A DNA stretch of 62,885 nt from Patescibacteria group bacterium (GCA_028718865.1 JAQUKX010000006.1:1-62885), one strand, 5' to 3'. Positions 50,352 to 60,123 are shown, counted from the first letter of the stretch. Notes: generated from the sequence alone by a model not told the origin. Made by a program: numbers and translations.

Positions 50352-50666
50352 TTATTTTTTATCTTCGGCTTTAGCTGGAGATTTTATTTCTTTGATAGAG
50401 GCGCCGGATTTTTTAAGCATTTGGGCAAATCTGGCCTTTTTACGATTAGCGGTATTTTCTTTGAGTATTTTGACCTTAACTGCTTTATCAATGGCTTTTT
50501 GCAAAGCATGCATCAAGCTATTGGCCTCATCTTTGAGTGTGCCTTTGGTAGCAGCTTTTTGGCCACGTTTGATGATTTCCTTGATATTTCTTTTAACCAA
50601 AGCATTGCGCTCGGTGCGTTTGACAGTCTGGCGAAGATGCTTAATGGCTGATTTCTTGTTTGGCAT
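50352..50666 (-). CDS. rpsT: 30S ribosomal protein S20
   Basis: MPNKKSAIK.LRQ..KR..RN, IDKAVK..ILK.NTANRKK. Confidence 0.93.
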   Translation of the reverse strand: MPNKKSAIKHLRQTVKRTERNALVKRNIKEIIKRGQKAATKGTLKDEANSLMHALQKAIDKAVKVKILKENTANRKKARFAQMLKKSGASIKEIKSPAKAEDKK

Positions 50667-50766
50667 AAATTATAGTTGCTGATAAATAATATTAAGACTT
50701 TGGGGATATTAACATATTTTACTGGTTTTTGTCAATGGCAAAAACAAAGAAATAATTAAAGTTATT

Positions 50767-51873
50767 TTATTGATTCTTCTCCCAAGCCCACTGATTAATC
50801 CTGCTTATCGCCTCGGCTGGGTTTATTCTGGATTTGGCCAGAGACACAGGACTGACTTTGGCAAAAGGCAAAGCATCTTGAATTTTAAAATCACCTATAG
50901 CTGTCCGGCGCAAATCAGCCAGAAGCGCCCCTGTGCCCAAAGCTTCTCCCAAATCATGAGCCAAAGAGCGGATATAGGTGCCAGCTGAGCAGCTTATTGA
51001 CAACTCCAATTTTGGATAAACAAAGCTTTTTATTTTCAAATCATATATTTCTATATCCGTGGCCGGCCGGACAATTTTTTTGCCGGCTCGAGCTAGCTGG
51101 TGCAGCTTTTGGCCTTGGATTTTTTTGGCCGAATAAGCTGGTACAATTTGTTTTTGCTGTCCCAAGAATTTTTTTAAAGTTTGCTCCAGGTCAGAGCAGC
51201 TGAATTTTTTGGCTTTTTCATTTATCTCTACCCTACCTTCCAAATCATAGGTGTTTGATCTCTGGCCAAAGACAATATCAGCCTGATAAGTTTTGGGCAA
51301 AATATGAAACCAATCCAAAAGGCGAGTAGCTCTTCCAGAGGCCAGAATCATCAGTCCGCTAGCCAAAGGATCGAGCGTACCAGCAAAGCCCACTTTTTTT
51401 ATTTGCAAAGCTTGACGCAAAATAGATACTGCTTTAAAAGAATGCTCGCCTTTAGGCTTATCCAGAAGATAAAGACTAGACTGAGAATCCTCCAGAATTG
51501 CCGCTAGCCGGCTGCTTTTGAAAAGCTGGGGCTGATAAGGTGGCAGGACTTCTGTTTGAAAACTGCCCCAACCGCTAAACATCTCCTGCAAAAGCTCTTG
51601 ATCATGACCTAGACACAAAATATCGGGACTAAAAATACCTATCAACTGTCGGGCGTCTTGGCTACTTCTGAGAAAAAGCTCCAAGCCAAAAGGCTGGAGA
51701 TTTTTTAGCCGGATTTTTTCATTTTGATAAGGCGTGTAGTTTTTGAATTTTTTTATCAGCTTGTCTGACTCTACTACAGCCGTCACCTTGCCCCGAGTTT
51801 TGGCTTGTTTTATCAAAAAAATATGGCCCGGATGGATAATGTCAAATTTACCAAAAATCAAAACTTTTTTCAT
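50767..51873 (-). CDS. truB: Fusion: N-terminal cytidylyltransferase-like (RibL FAD synthetase-like) domain plus tRNA pseudouridine(55) synthase TruB
   Basis: FGKFDIIHPGH, PDILCLGHDQ, FKSS; then LLDKPKG, AGTLDPLASG, QIVPAYSAKK, CSAGTYIRSLAHDLG. Confidence 0.85.
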   Translation of the reverse strand: MKKVLIFGKFDIIHPGHIFLIKQAKTRGKVTAVVESDKLIKKFKNYTPYQNEKIRLKNLQPFGLELFLRSSQDARQLIGIFSPDILCLGHDQELLQEMFSGWGSFQTEVLPPYQPQLFKSSRLAAILEDSQSSLYLLDKPKGEHSFKAVSILRQALQIKKVGFAGTLDPLASGLMILASGRATRLLDWFHILPKTYQADIVFGQRSNTYDLEGRVEINEKAKKFSCSDLEQTLKKFLGQQKQIVPAYSAKKIQGQKLHQLARAGKKIVRPATDIEIYDLKIKSFVYPKLELSISCSAGTYIRSLAHDLGEALGTGALLADLRRTAIGDFKIQDALPFAKVSPVSLAKSRINPAEAISRINQWAWEKNQ

Positions 51874-51878
51874 TAGCC

Positions 51879-54821
51879 TTATTCTTCAATATTGACGACA
51901 ATGCCGGGCACAGTCAGCAGATTGCCTGTTTGATCTTTAACCATCAAATAAAGCTTGTAGACTCCCGGGCTCAAGTCTCGATCCAAATTGATAGAAATAT
52001 TTTCACTGGCAAAAGATGATAAGTAGCCGAAAAAGCGTGATTGATTGTTGGTATCAATATAGTAAAAATCAATTTTTTGGACAGACTCTGGCTTGTCTAC
52101 TCTCAAGTTGAGCCGAAAAGGCCGTTGGCTAAGTTGCAAAGTATCGCCGTTTTGCGGATCAAGCCAGAAAATATTAAACTCTCTAGCGCTGCTATCTAGC
52201 TGAAGATTGATGCTTATAATGCTTTGGCGGAAATTTTCCAGATCATCAAAAGCAATGGCTTTGAGCTCACGCTGGCCGTTGTTGGTAAAAGGATTTATTT
52301 GATAGGAAAAATCAAAAGGCGCTTGGCGGCTCTCGCCGATTTTTAAGCCATCCAGGAAATACTCTACTCGCGCTACCCCCAAAGGAGCATCGGTTTCTAC
52401 TGACAAAGTCAAATTGGTCTGATTGATAGTTTGGCCACTGGCTGGATAACGCCAAGATATATTGGGACGCAAATGCGGCAAATGAATATCATCGTATTCA
52501 GTCGGCGGCCGCTCTATAGTATAGCCTTCATCTTCAGCGTAGCGCCTGACTGCTTCTTCCCAGGCATTATACTGCGGATCGCTGGCGGGATTATCCGGCA
52601 TAGAGCCCAAAGGATCGTTTTTGTTGACATAATGAAGAATGCTATGGAGCTCAATAAAATTCTTTTCTTCAATTGTAGTATAAGGCGTGTATTCAGTGGC
52701 TAATTTACCCGACATCCTGTCTATAGCCACAGCCTGGCCGCCAGAGAGCTCGCCACAAACCATGGGCTTATTACAAGTCGGCAATTCATGCTTGGCAAAA
52801 GCCTCCACTGCCAAATCTTTGGTAACCTCTCTCATAAAAGCCTGCCAAATCGGCGCTGCCACAATAGAACCGTCAGCTCCTCGACCCATTTCTGTCCGGT
52901 TGTTGCCTACCCAAACACCGGTGGCAATCTGCGGCACAAAACCCATGGTCCAAGCATCACGATAATCATTGGTAGTACCGGTTTTGGCTGCTACCGGTCT
53001 ATCTGGCAAAGTCAAACGGTTATTTTCGCCAAAAATATAAGCACGGGCGCTATTATCAGACAAAACATCATTGACTAACCGAACCAAATCTCTTTCCATC
53101 ACCCGCCGGCCTTTATTCTCGCCGACTTTTTCTATAACCTTGCCTCTGGCATCTCTTATTTCCAATATTACTACTGCGTCTTTATGCACTCCTTCTCTGG
53201 CCAAAGTAGCATAAGCATTGGTGTGCTCCAAGAGTCTGACTTCAGCACCGCCTAGCACCAAAGACAAGCCATAGCGATCTGGATCAGTCAAACTGCTATA
53301 GCCAAAATCTCTAGCCATAGTGACTGTATCATTTACTCCGGCCAAATAAAGCGTCTTGACTGCGGGAATATTGAGCGAGCCGGCCAGCGCTTGGCGCATG
53401 GTTACTGGTCCATGCTCTCTGCCGTCATAATTTGGCGGTTCATAAGGCGTACCGTCAGCTCTGACGCCAAATTTAGTTTTCAAATCAAACAAAATTGTCT
53501 CCGGCCTGTAGCCTTTTTCAAAAGCCTTCAAATAAACAAAAGGCTTGAAAGAAGATCCAGGCTGGCGCAAAGCCAAGGCCACATTGACTTGGCCGTCAAT
53601 GCTATCATCAAAATAATTTCTAGAACCGACCATGGCTCTTACCTGGCCACTATCAGTATCTATGGCCACCAAGGCGGCATTGCCAGCTTGATAAGTTTCC
53701 AAATTACGAGGAGCAACTTCATTGATAACTCTTTCTGCAGTCTGCTGCATATCCCAATCCAGAGAAGTGATAATTTCCCAGCCGCTTTGCTCAACCAGAG
53801 AAGCGGAATATTCTCTTTCCAAAAGCTCGCGGATATACATTACAAAATGCGGGGCTTTTATCTGCTCGGCTCGGCGCTTGAAGACCAGCTCCTGGGCTTT
53901 GGCAATATCAGCTTCCGCCCGACTGACATAACCCTGATCAACCATCAAATCCAAAATATACTGCTGGCGGCCAATAAGCAGGTCCTTGTTGTTGCCATAA
54001 GGCGAATAGCGAGTCGGTCCTTGCGGCAAAGCAGCCAAAATCGCTGCTTCAGCCAAGCTGATATCCTGGACATTTTTATCAAAGTAATAATTGGCTGCCG
54101 CCTGAACGCCATAAACTGCGCCGCCATAAGGAATTTCATTAAGGTAAAACTCCAATATCTGGTCTTTTTCAAAACGGCGCTCTATTTGATAGGACAAAAT
54201 CCATTCTTTAATTTTACGAGAAACTTTTCTCTCGCTGGTCAAAATGGCATTTTTGACAAACTGCTGGGTCAGAGTAGAACCGCCCTGAGCGCGGCGGCCT
54301 TGCAAACGAGGCACCACTTGAGCACGAACTATGCTCCAGAAAGAAATGCCGCGGTGGCTATAAAAATTTTTATCTTCTATGGCAATAGTGGCATTTCTAA
54401 CATGCGTCGGGATATCATCCAGAGAAACAAGGGTTCTTTTTTGGTCGCCGTGTATTTCATAAAGCAGGACTTCTCCACTGCGATCATAAATCTTGGTGCT
54501 TAGAGCAATGGATCGGTCAATGATTTTGCCCGGCTCAGGTAGATCGCGAGAATACCAAGCAAACAGACTGACGACAAATATACCGCCTAGAAAAAACAGA
54601 GCCAAAACATAAGGCCATAGCCGCCTGATAAGACGCCAAAAAAAACGACCCGGTTTTTTGGAACTGCGATCTTTTTTGCTAAAAATAAAAATACGCTTGG
54701 GTTTTTTCTCCCTCGCCGGCGCAACGGCGGAAACTTCATCTATTTTTCTATAAGAAAAAGCGGGCTTATTATCGCCGATTTTTCTGCGTTGAAAATTGGA
54801 TTTGAACTGAGGTATAGGCAT
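51879..54821 (-). CDS. Class A penicillin-binding protein (transglycosylase/transpeptidase) with C-terminal Ig-like domains; start 54821 (alternative 54845)
   Basis: One TM; IEDKNFYSHRG, GGSTLTQQFVKN, YLNEIPYG; RQPGSSFKP, SLNIPAV, AAKTGTT. Confidence 0.93.
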   Translation of the reverse strand: MPIPQFKSNFQRRKIGDNKPAFSYRKIDEVSAVAPAREKKPKRIFIFSKKDRSSKKPGRFFWRLIRRLWPYVLALFFLGGIFVVSLFAWYSRDLPEPGKIIDRSIALSTKIYDRSGEVLLYEIHGDQKRTLVSLDDIPTHVRNATIAIEDKNFYSHRGISFWSIVRAQVVPRLQGRRAQGGSTLTQQFVKNAILTSERKVSRKIKEWILSYQIERRFEKDQILEFYLNEIPYGGAVYGVQAAANYYFDKNVQDISLAEAAILAALPQGPTRYSPYGNNKDLLIGRQQYILDLMVDQGYVSRAEADIAKAQELVFKRRAEQIKAPHFVMYIRELLEREYSASLVEQSGWEIITSLDWDMQQTAERVINEVAPRNLETYQAGNAALVAIDTDSGQVRAMVGSRNYFDDSIDGQVNVALALRQPGSSFKPFVYLKAFEKGYRPETILFDLKTKFGVRADGTPYEPPNYDGREHGPVTMRQALAGSLNIPAVKTLYLAGVNDTVTMARDFGYSSLTDPDRYGLSLVLGGAEVRLLEHTNAYATLAREGVHKDAVVILEIRDARGKVIEKVGENKGRRVMERDLVRLVNDVLSDNSARAYIFGENNRLTLPDRPVAAKTGTTNDYRDAWTMGFVPQIATGVWVGNNRTEMGRGADGSIVAAPIWQAFMREVTKDLAVEAFAKHELPTCNKPMVCGELSGGQAVAIDRMSGKLATEYTPYTTIEEKNFIELHSILHYVNKNDPLGSMPDNPASDPQYNAWEEAVRRYAEDEGYTIERPPTEYDDIHLPHLRPNISWRYPASGQTINQTNLTLSVETDAPLGVARVEYFLDGLKIGESRQAPFDFSYQINPFTNNGQRELKAIAFDDLENFRQSIISINLQLDSSAREFNIFWLDPQNGDTLQLSQRPFRLNLRVDKPESVQKIDFYYIDTNNQSRFFGYLSSFASENISINLDRDLSPGVYKLYLMVKDQTGNLLTVPGIVVNIEE

Positions 54822-54843
54822 AATTTTAGAGACCAAAACGGCC

Positions 54844-54883
54844 ATATTCAAATTATAGCAAAAATAAGCTATAATTTGAATAT
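54844..54883. promoter_or_regulatory. Perfectly palindromic bidirectional sigma70 promoter (PBP / tyrS)
   Basis: ATATTCAAATTATAGC-AAAAATAA-GCTATAATTTGAATAT; TTCAAA-17-TATAAT on both strands. Confidence 0.7.
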
Positions 54884-54911
54884 AAAAGAGATTAATTTTT
54901 TGACAAAAAGT

Positions 54912-56117
54912 ATGACTAAGATTAATACAGATGAGAAAAAAATTCAAGAGATTATGGAGCGGGGCACAATTGTCGAGGTTTTGCCCAGTAAAGATGAATT
55001 TGTAAAAAAACTGCTCAGCGGTCAAAAGCTACGCTTTTATATTGGTTTTGATGCTACCGCCCCAACTCTACATCTAAGCCATGGTAAAAATTTTATGCTA
55101 ATGGAAAAATTTCGCCAACTGGGGCATGAGGTGATAATACTATTTGGAGATTTTACTGCCCGAATTGGCGATCCAAGTGGAGAAAGTAAATCTAGAAAAC
55201 AACTGAGCCGAAAAGAAGTAATGACTAATGTCAAAACTTGGCAAAAACTGGTCAAACCGCTAATGGATTTTTCTGACAAAAAAAATCCGCCAAAAATTAT
55301 GTATAACCATAGCTGGCTGTCCAAACTTAATATGGAAGATTTGATAAATTTAGCTGGAAATTTTACTGTTCAACAAATGATTGAGCGCGATATGTTTCAA
55401 AAAAGACTTAAAGAAAACAAACCAATACACCTTCATGAATTTTTATACCCTCTAATGCAAGGTTATGATTCGGTAGCTATGGATGTAGATGTAGAAGTTT
55501 GCGGCACTGACCAAATTTTCAATTCTCTTGCCGGCAGAACTTTGCAGAAAAAAATAAACAACAAAGAAAAATTTGTTGTGGCCGTAACCTTAATGGAAAA
55601 TCCTAAAACCGGCGAACTAATGAGCAAAAGTAAAGGCACTGGAGTCTTTCTAGACACTAGCGCTAAAGATATGTACGGCCAGATTATGTCCCAACCAGAT
55701 GAGATGATAGAGATATTATTTGTAAACTGTACTTGGCTCTCTCTTGATGAAATAAAAAAAATAATGAAATTGCCAAATCCACGCGATTCAAAATCTAAAC
55801 TAGCAATGGAAGTAACCAAAATGTTCCACGGAGAAAAAGTTAGCAATAAAGCCGCTCAAGAATTTGCCAATGTTTTTCAAAAAGGTGGTCTGCCCGACAA
55901 AATCAGCGAATATGCTCTAGCAAACAAAAACATCAATCCGGTTGATCTACTACTGACCATGAAACTAGTCAGCTCAAAAAATGAAGCCAGAAGGTTGATT
56001 GACGGCGGCGGAATGAAGCTAAATCAGAAAAAAATAAACTCTTGGAAAGAAAATATAACTTTAAAATCTAGCGACATAATCCAAGCTGGCAAAAGAAAAT
56101 TCGGCAAGATTAAATAA
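54912..56117 (+). CDS. tyrS: Tyrosine--tRNA ligase (start at ATG 54912)
   Basis: YIGFDATAPTLHLSH, TARIGDPSG, FLYPLMQGYD, GTDQ.FN, LMSKS, S4 domain ending GKRKF. Confidence 0.96.
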   Translation: MTKINTDEKKIQEIMERGTIVEVLPSKDEFVKKLLSGQKLRFYIGFDATAPTLHLSHGKNFMLMEKFRQLGHEVIILFGDFTARIGDPSGESKSRKQLSRKEVMTNVKTWQKLVKPLMDFSDKKNPPKIMYNHSWLSKLNMEDLINLAGNFTVQQMIERDMFQKRLKENKPIHLHEFLYPLMQGYDSVAMDVDVEVCGTDQIFNSLAGRTLQKKINNKEKFVVAVTLMENPKTGELMSKSKGTGVFLDTSAKDMYGQIMSQPDEMIEILFVNCTWLSLDEIKKIMKLPNPRDSKSKLAMEVTKMFHGEKVSNKAAQEFANVFQKGGLPDKISEYALANKNINPVDLLLTMKLVSSKNEARRLIDGGGMKLNQKKINSWKENITLKSSDIIQAGKRKFGKIK

Positions 56118-56129
56118 AATTATAGGCAA

Positions 56130-56813
56130 ATGAAAACAACTATCTATACTGAAAGATTCTTTAAAGAAAATAGCTCCTACTCTTTAAAATCTGCTAAAGT
56201 TATGGTTCCTTTGATCTTAAAATTACTCCATCCTAAAAGCATCGTTGATGTTGGCTGTGGCACTGGAGATTTTTTATATATATTTCAAAAAAATGGAGTG
56301 AAAGATATATTAGGAATAGACGGAGACTACGTTAATAAGAAAAAATTATTAATACCAAAAAAGCTATTTTTAGAGACTAATCTTGAAAAGCCTTTAAACT
56401 TAAAAAGGAAATTTGATCTGGTTATTTCCCTAGAAGTCGCTGAACATCTATCGGAAAAATATGCTAAACAATTTATCAAAACACTCACTAACCTTGGTTC
56501 AATCGTCCTTTTTTCTGCTGCTATACCTCTACAAGGAGGTACTCATCATATCAATGAGCAATGGCCTGAATACTGGGTAAAAATATTTGCGCGAAGAAAT
56601 TATCTAGCTATAGATTGTTTCCGAAAAAAAATATGGAATAACAAAAAAGTAAGTTTTTGGTATGCTCAAAATACTCTCTTGTTTGTCAAAAAAGATTTGC
56701 TTCAAAAAAATCTTATTTTAAAAAAAGAATTTGAACTAAATAAAAATTCTATTTTATCAGTTGTTCATCCTCGTCTTTTTCTCTTTAAATTAAAACATAA
56801 AAAAACATTTTAA
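56130..56813 (+). CDS. Class I SAM methyltransferase (glycan-modifying type)
   Basis: VDVGCGTG, FDLVISLEVAEHL, FSAAIP.QGG.HHINEQWP.YW. Confidence 0.85.
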   Translation: MKTTIYTERFFKENSSYSLKSAKVMVPLILKLLHPKSIVDVGCGTGDFLYIFQKNGVKDILGIDGDYVNKKKLLIPKKLFLETNLEKPLNLKRKFDLVISLEVAEHLSEKYAKQFIKTLTNLGSIVLFSAAIPLQGGTHHINEQWPEYWVKIFARRNYLAIDCFRKKIWNNKKVSFWYAQNTLLFVKKDLLQKNLILKKEFELNKNSILSVVHPRLFLFKLKHKKTF

Positions 56814-57913
56814 TGATAGCCAAAAAAATAACCATAGCTATTTTATGCGGCGGAAAATCAGCCGAACACGAAGTGTCTTTGCAGTCAGCCAAAAATATCT
56901 TGGCAGCTTTGGATCGCAAAAAATATAGTCCCCTAGTAATTATCATAGACAAAAAAGGTCCTTGGTTTGTCAATAAAAACAATGACTTCTTGAAACAATC
57001 AAATTATCAAACAAAGATAAAAGTGAATAAAGGCTTTCAAGAAGTAGTGCTAGCAGCTGACAGCCGCAGCCAATTATTATTTTTGAATGGCAAAAAACCA
57101 GCCTTAAAAATAGATGCTGTTTTTCCAATACTGCACGGCACCTATGGTGAAGACGGCACTGTCCAAGGGCTGTTGAAACTGGCTGATGTCCCTTTTGTCG
57201 GTGCCGGTGTCTTGGGATCAGCTGTAGGCATGGACAAAGATGTAATGAAACGACTTCTAAAAGAAGCTCGGTTGCCTATAGGCAAATTTATAACCCTTGC
57301 AGACTATCAGTCTTTGCCTGATTTTAAAAAAATTAAAAAAGAACTAGGACTGCCCTTTTTTATCAAGCCGGCCAATATGGGCTCTTCAGTGGGAATAAGT
57401 AAAGTCAAAAACAACTCTCAATATTTACCAGCAATTAGAGACGCTTTTAGCTATGACAATAAAATAATAATTGAAGAATTCATTGACGGGCGAGAAATAG
57501 AATGTTCGGTTTTGGGAAATGACCAAGTAATGGCCTCGCTTCCCGGAGAAGTAAAATCCAATCATGACTTTTATTCTTATCAAGCTAAATATCTGGATGA
57601 AAAAGGAGCAATTTTAGAAATTCCCGCCAAATTGGAAGTTAAAAAAACAAAAGAAATACAAAATCTGGCTCTTAAAACTTTTCAGGTCTTAAATTGCCAA
57701 GGTTTGGGACGGGTAGATTTTTTTCTCAAAAATAATGGCCAAATTATCATCAATGAAATTAATACTCTGCCCGGCTTCACTCAAATCAGTATGTATCCCA
57801 AGCTCTGGGAGCAAAGCGGTTTGTCTTACTCACAACTGATAGATAAGCTGATTCAGCTAGCTATAGAGCGTCATCAAAAAGAAAAAAAATTAAAAACTAA
57901 TTATTTTAATTGA
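56813..57913 (+). CDS. ddl: D-alanine--D-alanine ligase
   Basis: CGGKSAEHEVSLQSA, LHGTYGEDG, KPANMGSS.G, YSYQAKY, NEINTLPGFT..SMYP. Confidence 0.96.
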   Translation: MIAKKITIAILCGGKSAEHEVSLQSAKNILAALDRKKYSPLVIIIDKKGPWFVNKNNDFLKQSNYQTKIKVNKGFQEVVLAADSRSQLLFLNGKKPALKIDAVFPILHGTYGEDGTVQGLLKLADVPFVGAGVLGSAVGMDKDVMKRLLKEARLPIGKFITLADYQSLPDFKKIKKELGLPFFIKPANMGSSVGISKVKNNSQYLPAIRDAFSYDNKIIIEEFIDGREIECSVLGNDQVMASLPGEVKSNHDFYSYQAKYLDEKGAILEIPAKLEVKKTKEIQNLALKTFQVLNCQGLGRVDFFLKNNGQIIINEINTLPGFTQISMYPKLWEQSGLSYSQLIDKLIQLAIERHQKEKKLKTNYFN

Positions 57914-57937
57914 CAACTTGATTTTTACTGCTATAAT
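57910..57937 (+). promoter_or_regulatory. sigma70 promoter of the trp leader
   Basis: TTGACA-16-TATAAT with TG extension; predicted start site coincides with leader ATG 57944. Confidence 0.75.
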
Positions 57938-57943
57938 AAAAAT

Positions 57944-58000
57944 ATGAAAAATAACAAGCTACAATTAATTTCTACTTGGTGGGAGGCCGATATTTTTTAG
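57944..58000 (+). CDS. trpL: trp leader peptide MKNNKLQLISTWWEADIF
   Basis: Tandem TGG TGG at 57977-57982 upstream of trpB, coupled to attenuator segments. Confidence 0.85.
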   Translation: MKNNKLQLISTWWEADIF

Positions 58001-58057
58001 GCGGCCTTTTTTTATTTACATTTTTTAATAAACGCGCCGCCAAAAGGCGGTTTTTTT
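57984..58057 (+). promoter_or_regulatory. Ribosome-dependent transcription attenuator
   Basis: 1:2 AGGCCG/CGGCCT; 2:3 GGCGGC(58000-05)/GCCGCC(58036-41); 3:4 CCGCC/GGCGG plus T7. Confidence 0.85.
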
Positions 58058-58063
58058 ATTTTT

Positions 58064-58117
58064 ATGAAAAAATTTATTTATCACAATTTAGCTACATTTT
58101 ACTGGCGAGGCAACTAG
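58064..58117 (+). CDS. Second Trp-containing u[20 protein letters not shown]
   Basis: Hand translation; TAC TGG CGA near the stop; small GCGA/TCGC hairpin follows. Confidence 0.45.
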   Translation: MKKFIYHNLATFYWRGN

Positions 58118-58157
58118 TCGCTTATTATTGCTATTTAAAAAATTAAATGAAAAAAAT

Positions 58158-59375
58158 ATGAAAATTAATTATAAAAACAGCCCAGACAATAAAGGTTACT
58201 TTGGACGCTATGGTGGCCAGATTATTCCGCCGGAGCTAAAATCTCTTTTTGACCAAATCGCCCAAGAATACGAAAAGGCCAAAAAAGATCCTCAGTTTAT
58301 AAAAGAATATAAAAATCTGCTCAAAAACTACGTGGGTCGGCCATCGCCTTTATACCTAGCTAAAAATCTTAGTCAAAAACTAGGCGGAGCCAAGATTTAT
58401 CTCAAACGAGAAGATCTCAACCATACTGGCGCTCACAAAATCAACCATACGATAGGCGAAGCGCTCTTGGCCAAAAGAATGGGCAAGAAAAAATTGCTGG
58501 CGGAAACTGGGGCTGGTCAACATGGCGTGGCTCTGGCTACAGCCGCAGCTCTAGTTGGTCTGGAATGTGAAATACACATGGGCGCCATTGATATCAAAAA
58601 ACAACAACCCAATGTCAGTCGTCTGCGATTGCTAGGAGCCAAAATAGTGTCCGTCAATTCTGGAGGCCGTTGTCTTAAAGATGCGGTTGATAGTGCTTTT
58701 AACGCTTTTTTAAAAGATCCCCAAAATATATTTTTCGGCATTGGCTCAGTGGTCGGGCCTCATCCTTTCCCCATGATAGTGCGAGACTTCCAGTCTATAG
58801 TCGGCCAAGAAGCCAAAGAGCAAATCATAGAGCAAGCTGGACGTTTGCCTGATTATCTGATTGCCTGCATCGGTGGTGGCTCTAATGCCATTGGTCTTTT
58901 TCACGAGTTTTTAAACGACGATGTCAAAATGATAGGCGCCGAACCAAGTGGTCGCAGCTTCAAAGACGGCGACCATGCTGCTACTTTAACCTTGGGTAGT
59001 CCAGGAGAAATCCATGGCATGTTTACCTACCTTTTGCAAAACAAAAAAGGCGAGCCTATGCCAGTTCACTCTATTGCCTCGGGCTTGGATTATCCAGGTG
59101 TCGGCCCTATTCACGCTGATCTCAAAGACAAAAAACGAATAGACTATGTCACTATCAGCGACAGCGAAGCTCTGGAAGCTTTCCAAATTCTAACTAAAAG
59201 TGAGGGAATAATTCCCGCTCTAGAAAGCAGTCACGCTTTGGCTCAGGCCATTAAGTTGGCACCTCAATTAGAACTGGACAAAATTATCATTGTCAATTTG
59301 TCCGGCCGAGGAGATAAAGATTTGGATTATGTGGAAAAAATCTTAAAACAAAAAATTGACAAACCAAAAAAATAA
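58158..59375 (+). CDS. trpB: Tryptophan synthase beta chain (start at ATG 58158), no adjacent trpA
   Basis: [51 protein letters not shown]. Confidence 0.96.
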   Translation: MKINYKNSPDNKGYFGRYGGQIIPPELKSLFDQIAQEYEKAKKDPQFIKEYKNLLKNYVGRPSPLYLAKNLSQKLGGAKIYLKREDLNHTGAHKINHTIGEALLAKRMGKKKLLAETGAGQHGVALATAAALVGLECEIHMGAIDIKKQQPNVSRLRLLGAKIVSVNSGGRCLKDAVDSAFNAFLKDPQNIFFGIGSVVGPHPFPMIVRDFQSIVGQEAKEQIIEQAGRLPDYLIACIGGGSNAIGLFHEFLNDDVKMIGAEPSGRSFKDGDHAATLTLGSPGEIHGMFTYLLQNKKGEPMPVHSIASGLDYPGVGPIHADLKDKKRIDYVTISDSEALEAFQILTKSEGIIPALESSHALAQAIKLAPQLELDKIIIVNLSGRGDKDLDYVEKILKQKIDKPKK

Positions 59376-59423
59376 GGCTAGTTTATTAAAGTTACCTTGT
59401 TACTTCAATCTGGAGGTCAAAGC

Positions 59424-59810
59424 ATGTTAAATCCGCCAACTGAACCCTCACCCTTAGGTCAATTTTTCGGTCTTAAGTTAGGAGAGTTTGATCCCTGGAA
59501 AAAAACTTATAGCGTTGAATTCTTGCCCACCAAAGCAATGACCAACTTCTTCCGTACTGTTCATGGTGGTGCTCTGGCAGCCATATTTGACGAAACAATG
59601 GCTATGTTGGCCTATTTCCTCCATGGTATCAATTCAGCAGTTACTGACCAAATAAGCGTCAGCTACTATAGACCCCTACGGCCACTGAGGCCTATTTTAG
59701 TGGAAGTCTGGCTGACATCTGAAGGCCAGTATTCTCTATTTATCCGAGCCAAAGCCAGCAGGGCCGGCCAACTGATCGCTGAAGCTTCCAGCCAATGGCA
59801 AAAACGCTGA
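59424..59810 (+). CDS. PaaI/hot-dog fold thioesterase (start at ATG 59424)
   Basis: GGAGGT SD; N...VHGGALAAIFDE; ISVSYYRP. Confidence 0.8.
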   Translation: MLNPPTEPSPLGQFFGLKLGEFDPWKKTYSVEFLPTKAMTNFFRTVHGGALAAIFDETMAMLAYFLHGINSAVTDQISVSYYRPLRPLRPILVEVWLTSEGQYSLFIRAKASRAGQLIAEASSQWQKR

Positions 59811-59910
59811 AACAGAGGAGGTCGCCCAAAAGCGACCTCCTAAAATTTTCCAATAAAAAAAGAGGGTCCTAGACTTGAACCAGGGCCCCCGAGATAGACG
59901 CTATCCGCGC

Positions 59911-60123
59911 CTAACCGCCGAATTGCGGTAGCAGTTTGTCGGCCTTGTAGGCCACCAGAGTGGCCCAACCGGCCGTGGCCAATAGGACCACCAGGCCGGT
60001 GTAAAGCAATGCCCGCTTGAGGCGCTCACTGCGCCTCTGGCCGAAGAGCTCTCCCTGCCGACGCGGGGAAAGTTGCCGAACCGGCCGGCGACGACGGGGA
60101 TGCTTACGAACTTGCTTGCCCAC
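59911..60123 (-). CDS. Small Arg-rich, single-TM protein
   Basis: AAGGAGG SD plus GTG; promoter TTGACA-17-TATATT (60219-60191); C-terminal hydrophobic helix. Confidence 0.7.
   Translation of the reverse strand: MGKQVRKHPRRRRPVRQLSPRRQGELFGQRRSERLKRALLYTGLVVLLATAGWATLVAYKADKLLPQFGG

Noticed and set aside
53391-54503. 370-aa plus-strand ORF
   Set aside because: Lies entirely antisense to the PBP gene and has no recognisable motifs; a shadow ORF from codon bias
54789-55025. Apparent 237-bp overlap of PBP and tyrS in the ORF track
   Set aside because: An artefact of the longest-ORF starts; plausible starts at 54821/54845 and 54912 leave a normal promoter gap
59855-59910. Complete tRNA gene
   Set aside because: Only a T-arm-like hairpin; the GCGCGGA 5' segment cannot pair as an acceptor stem and there is no anticodon arm
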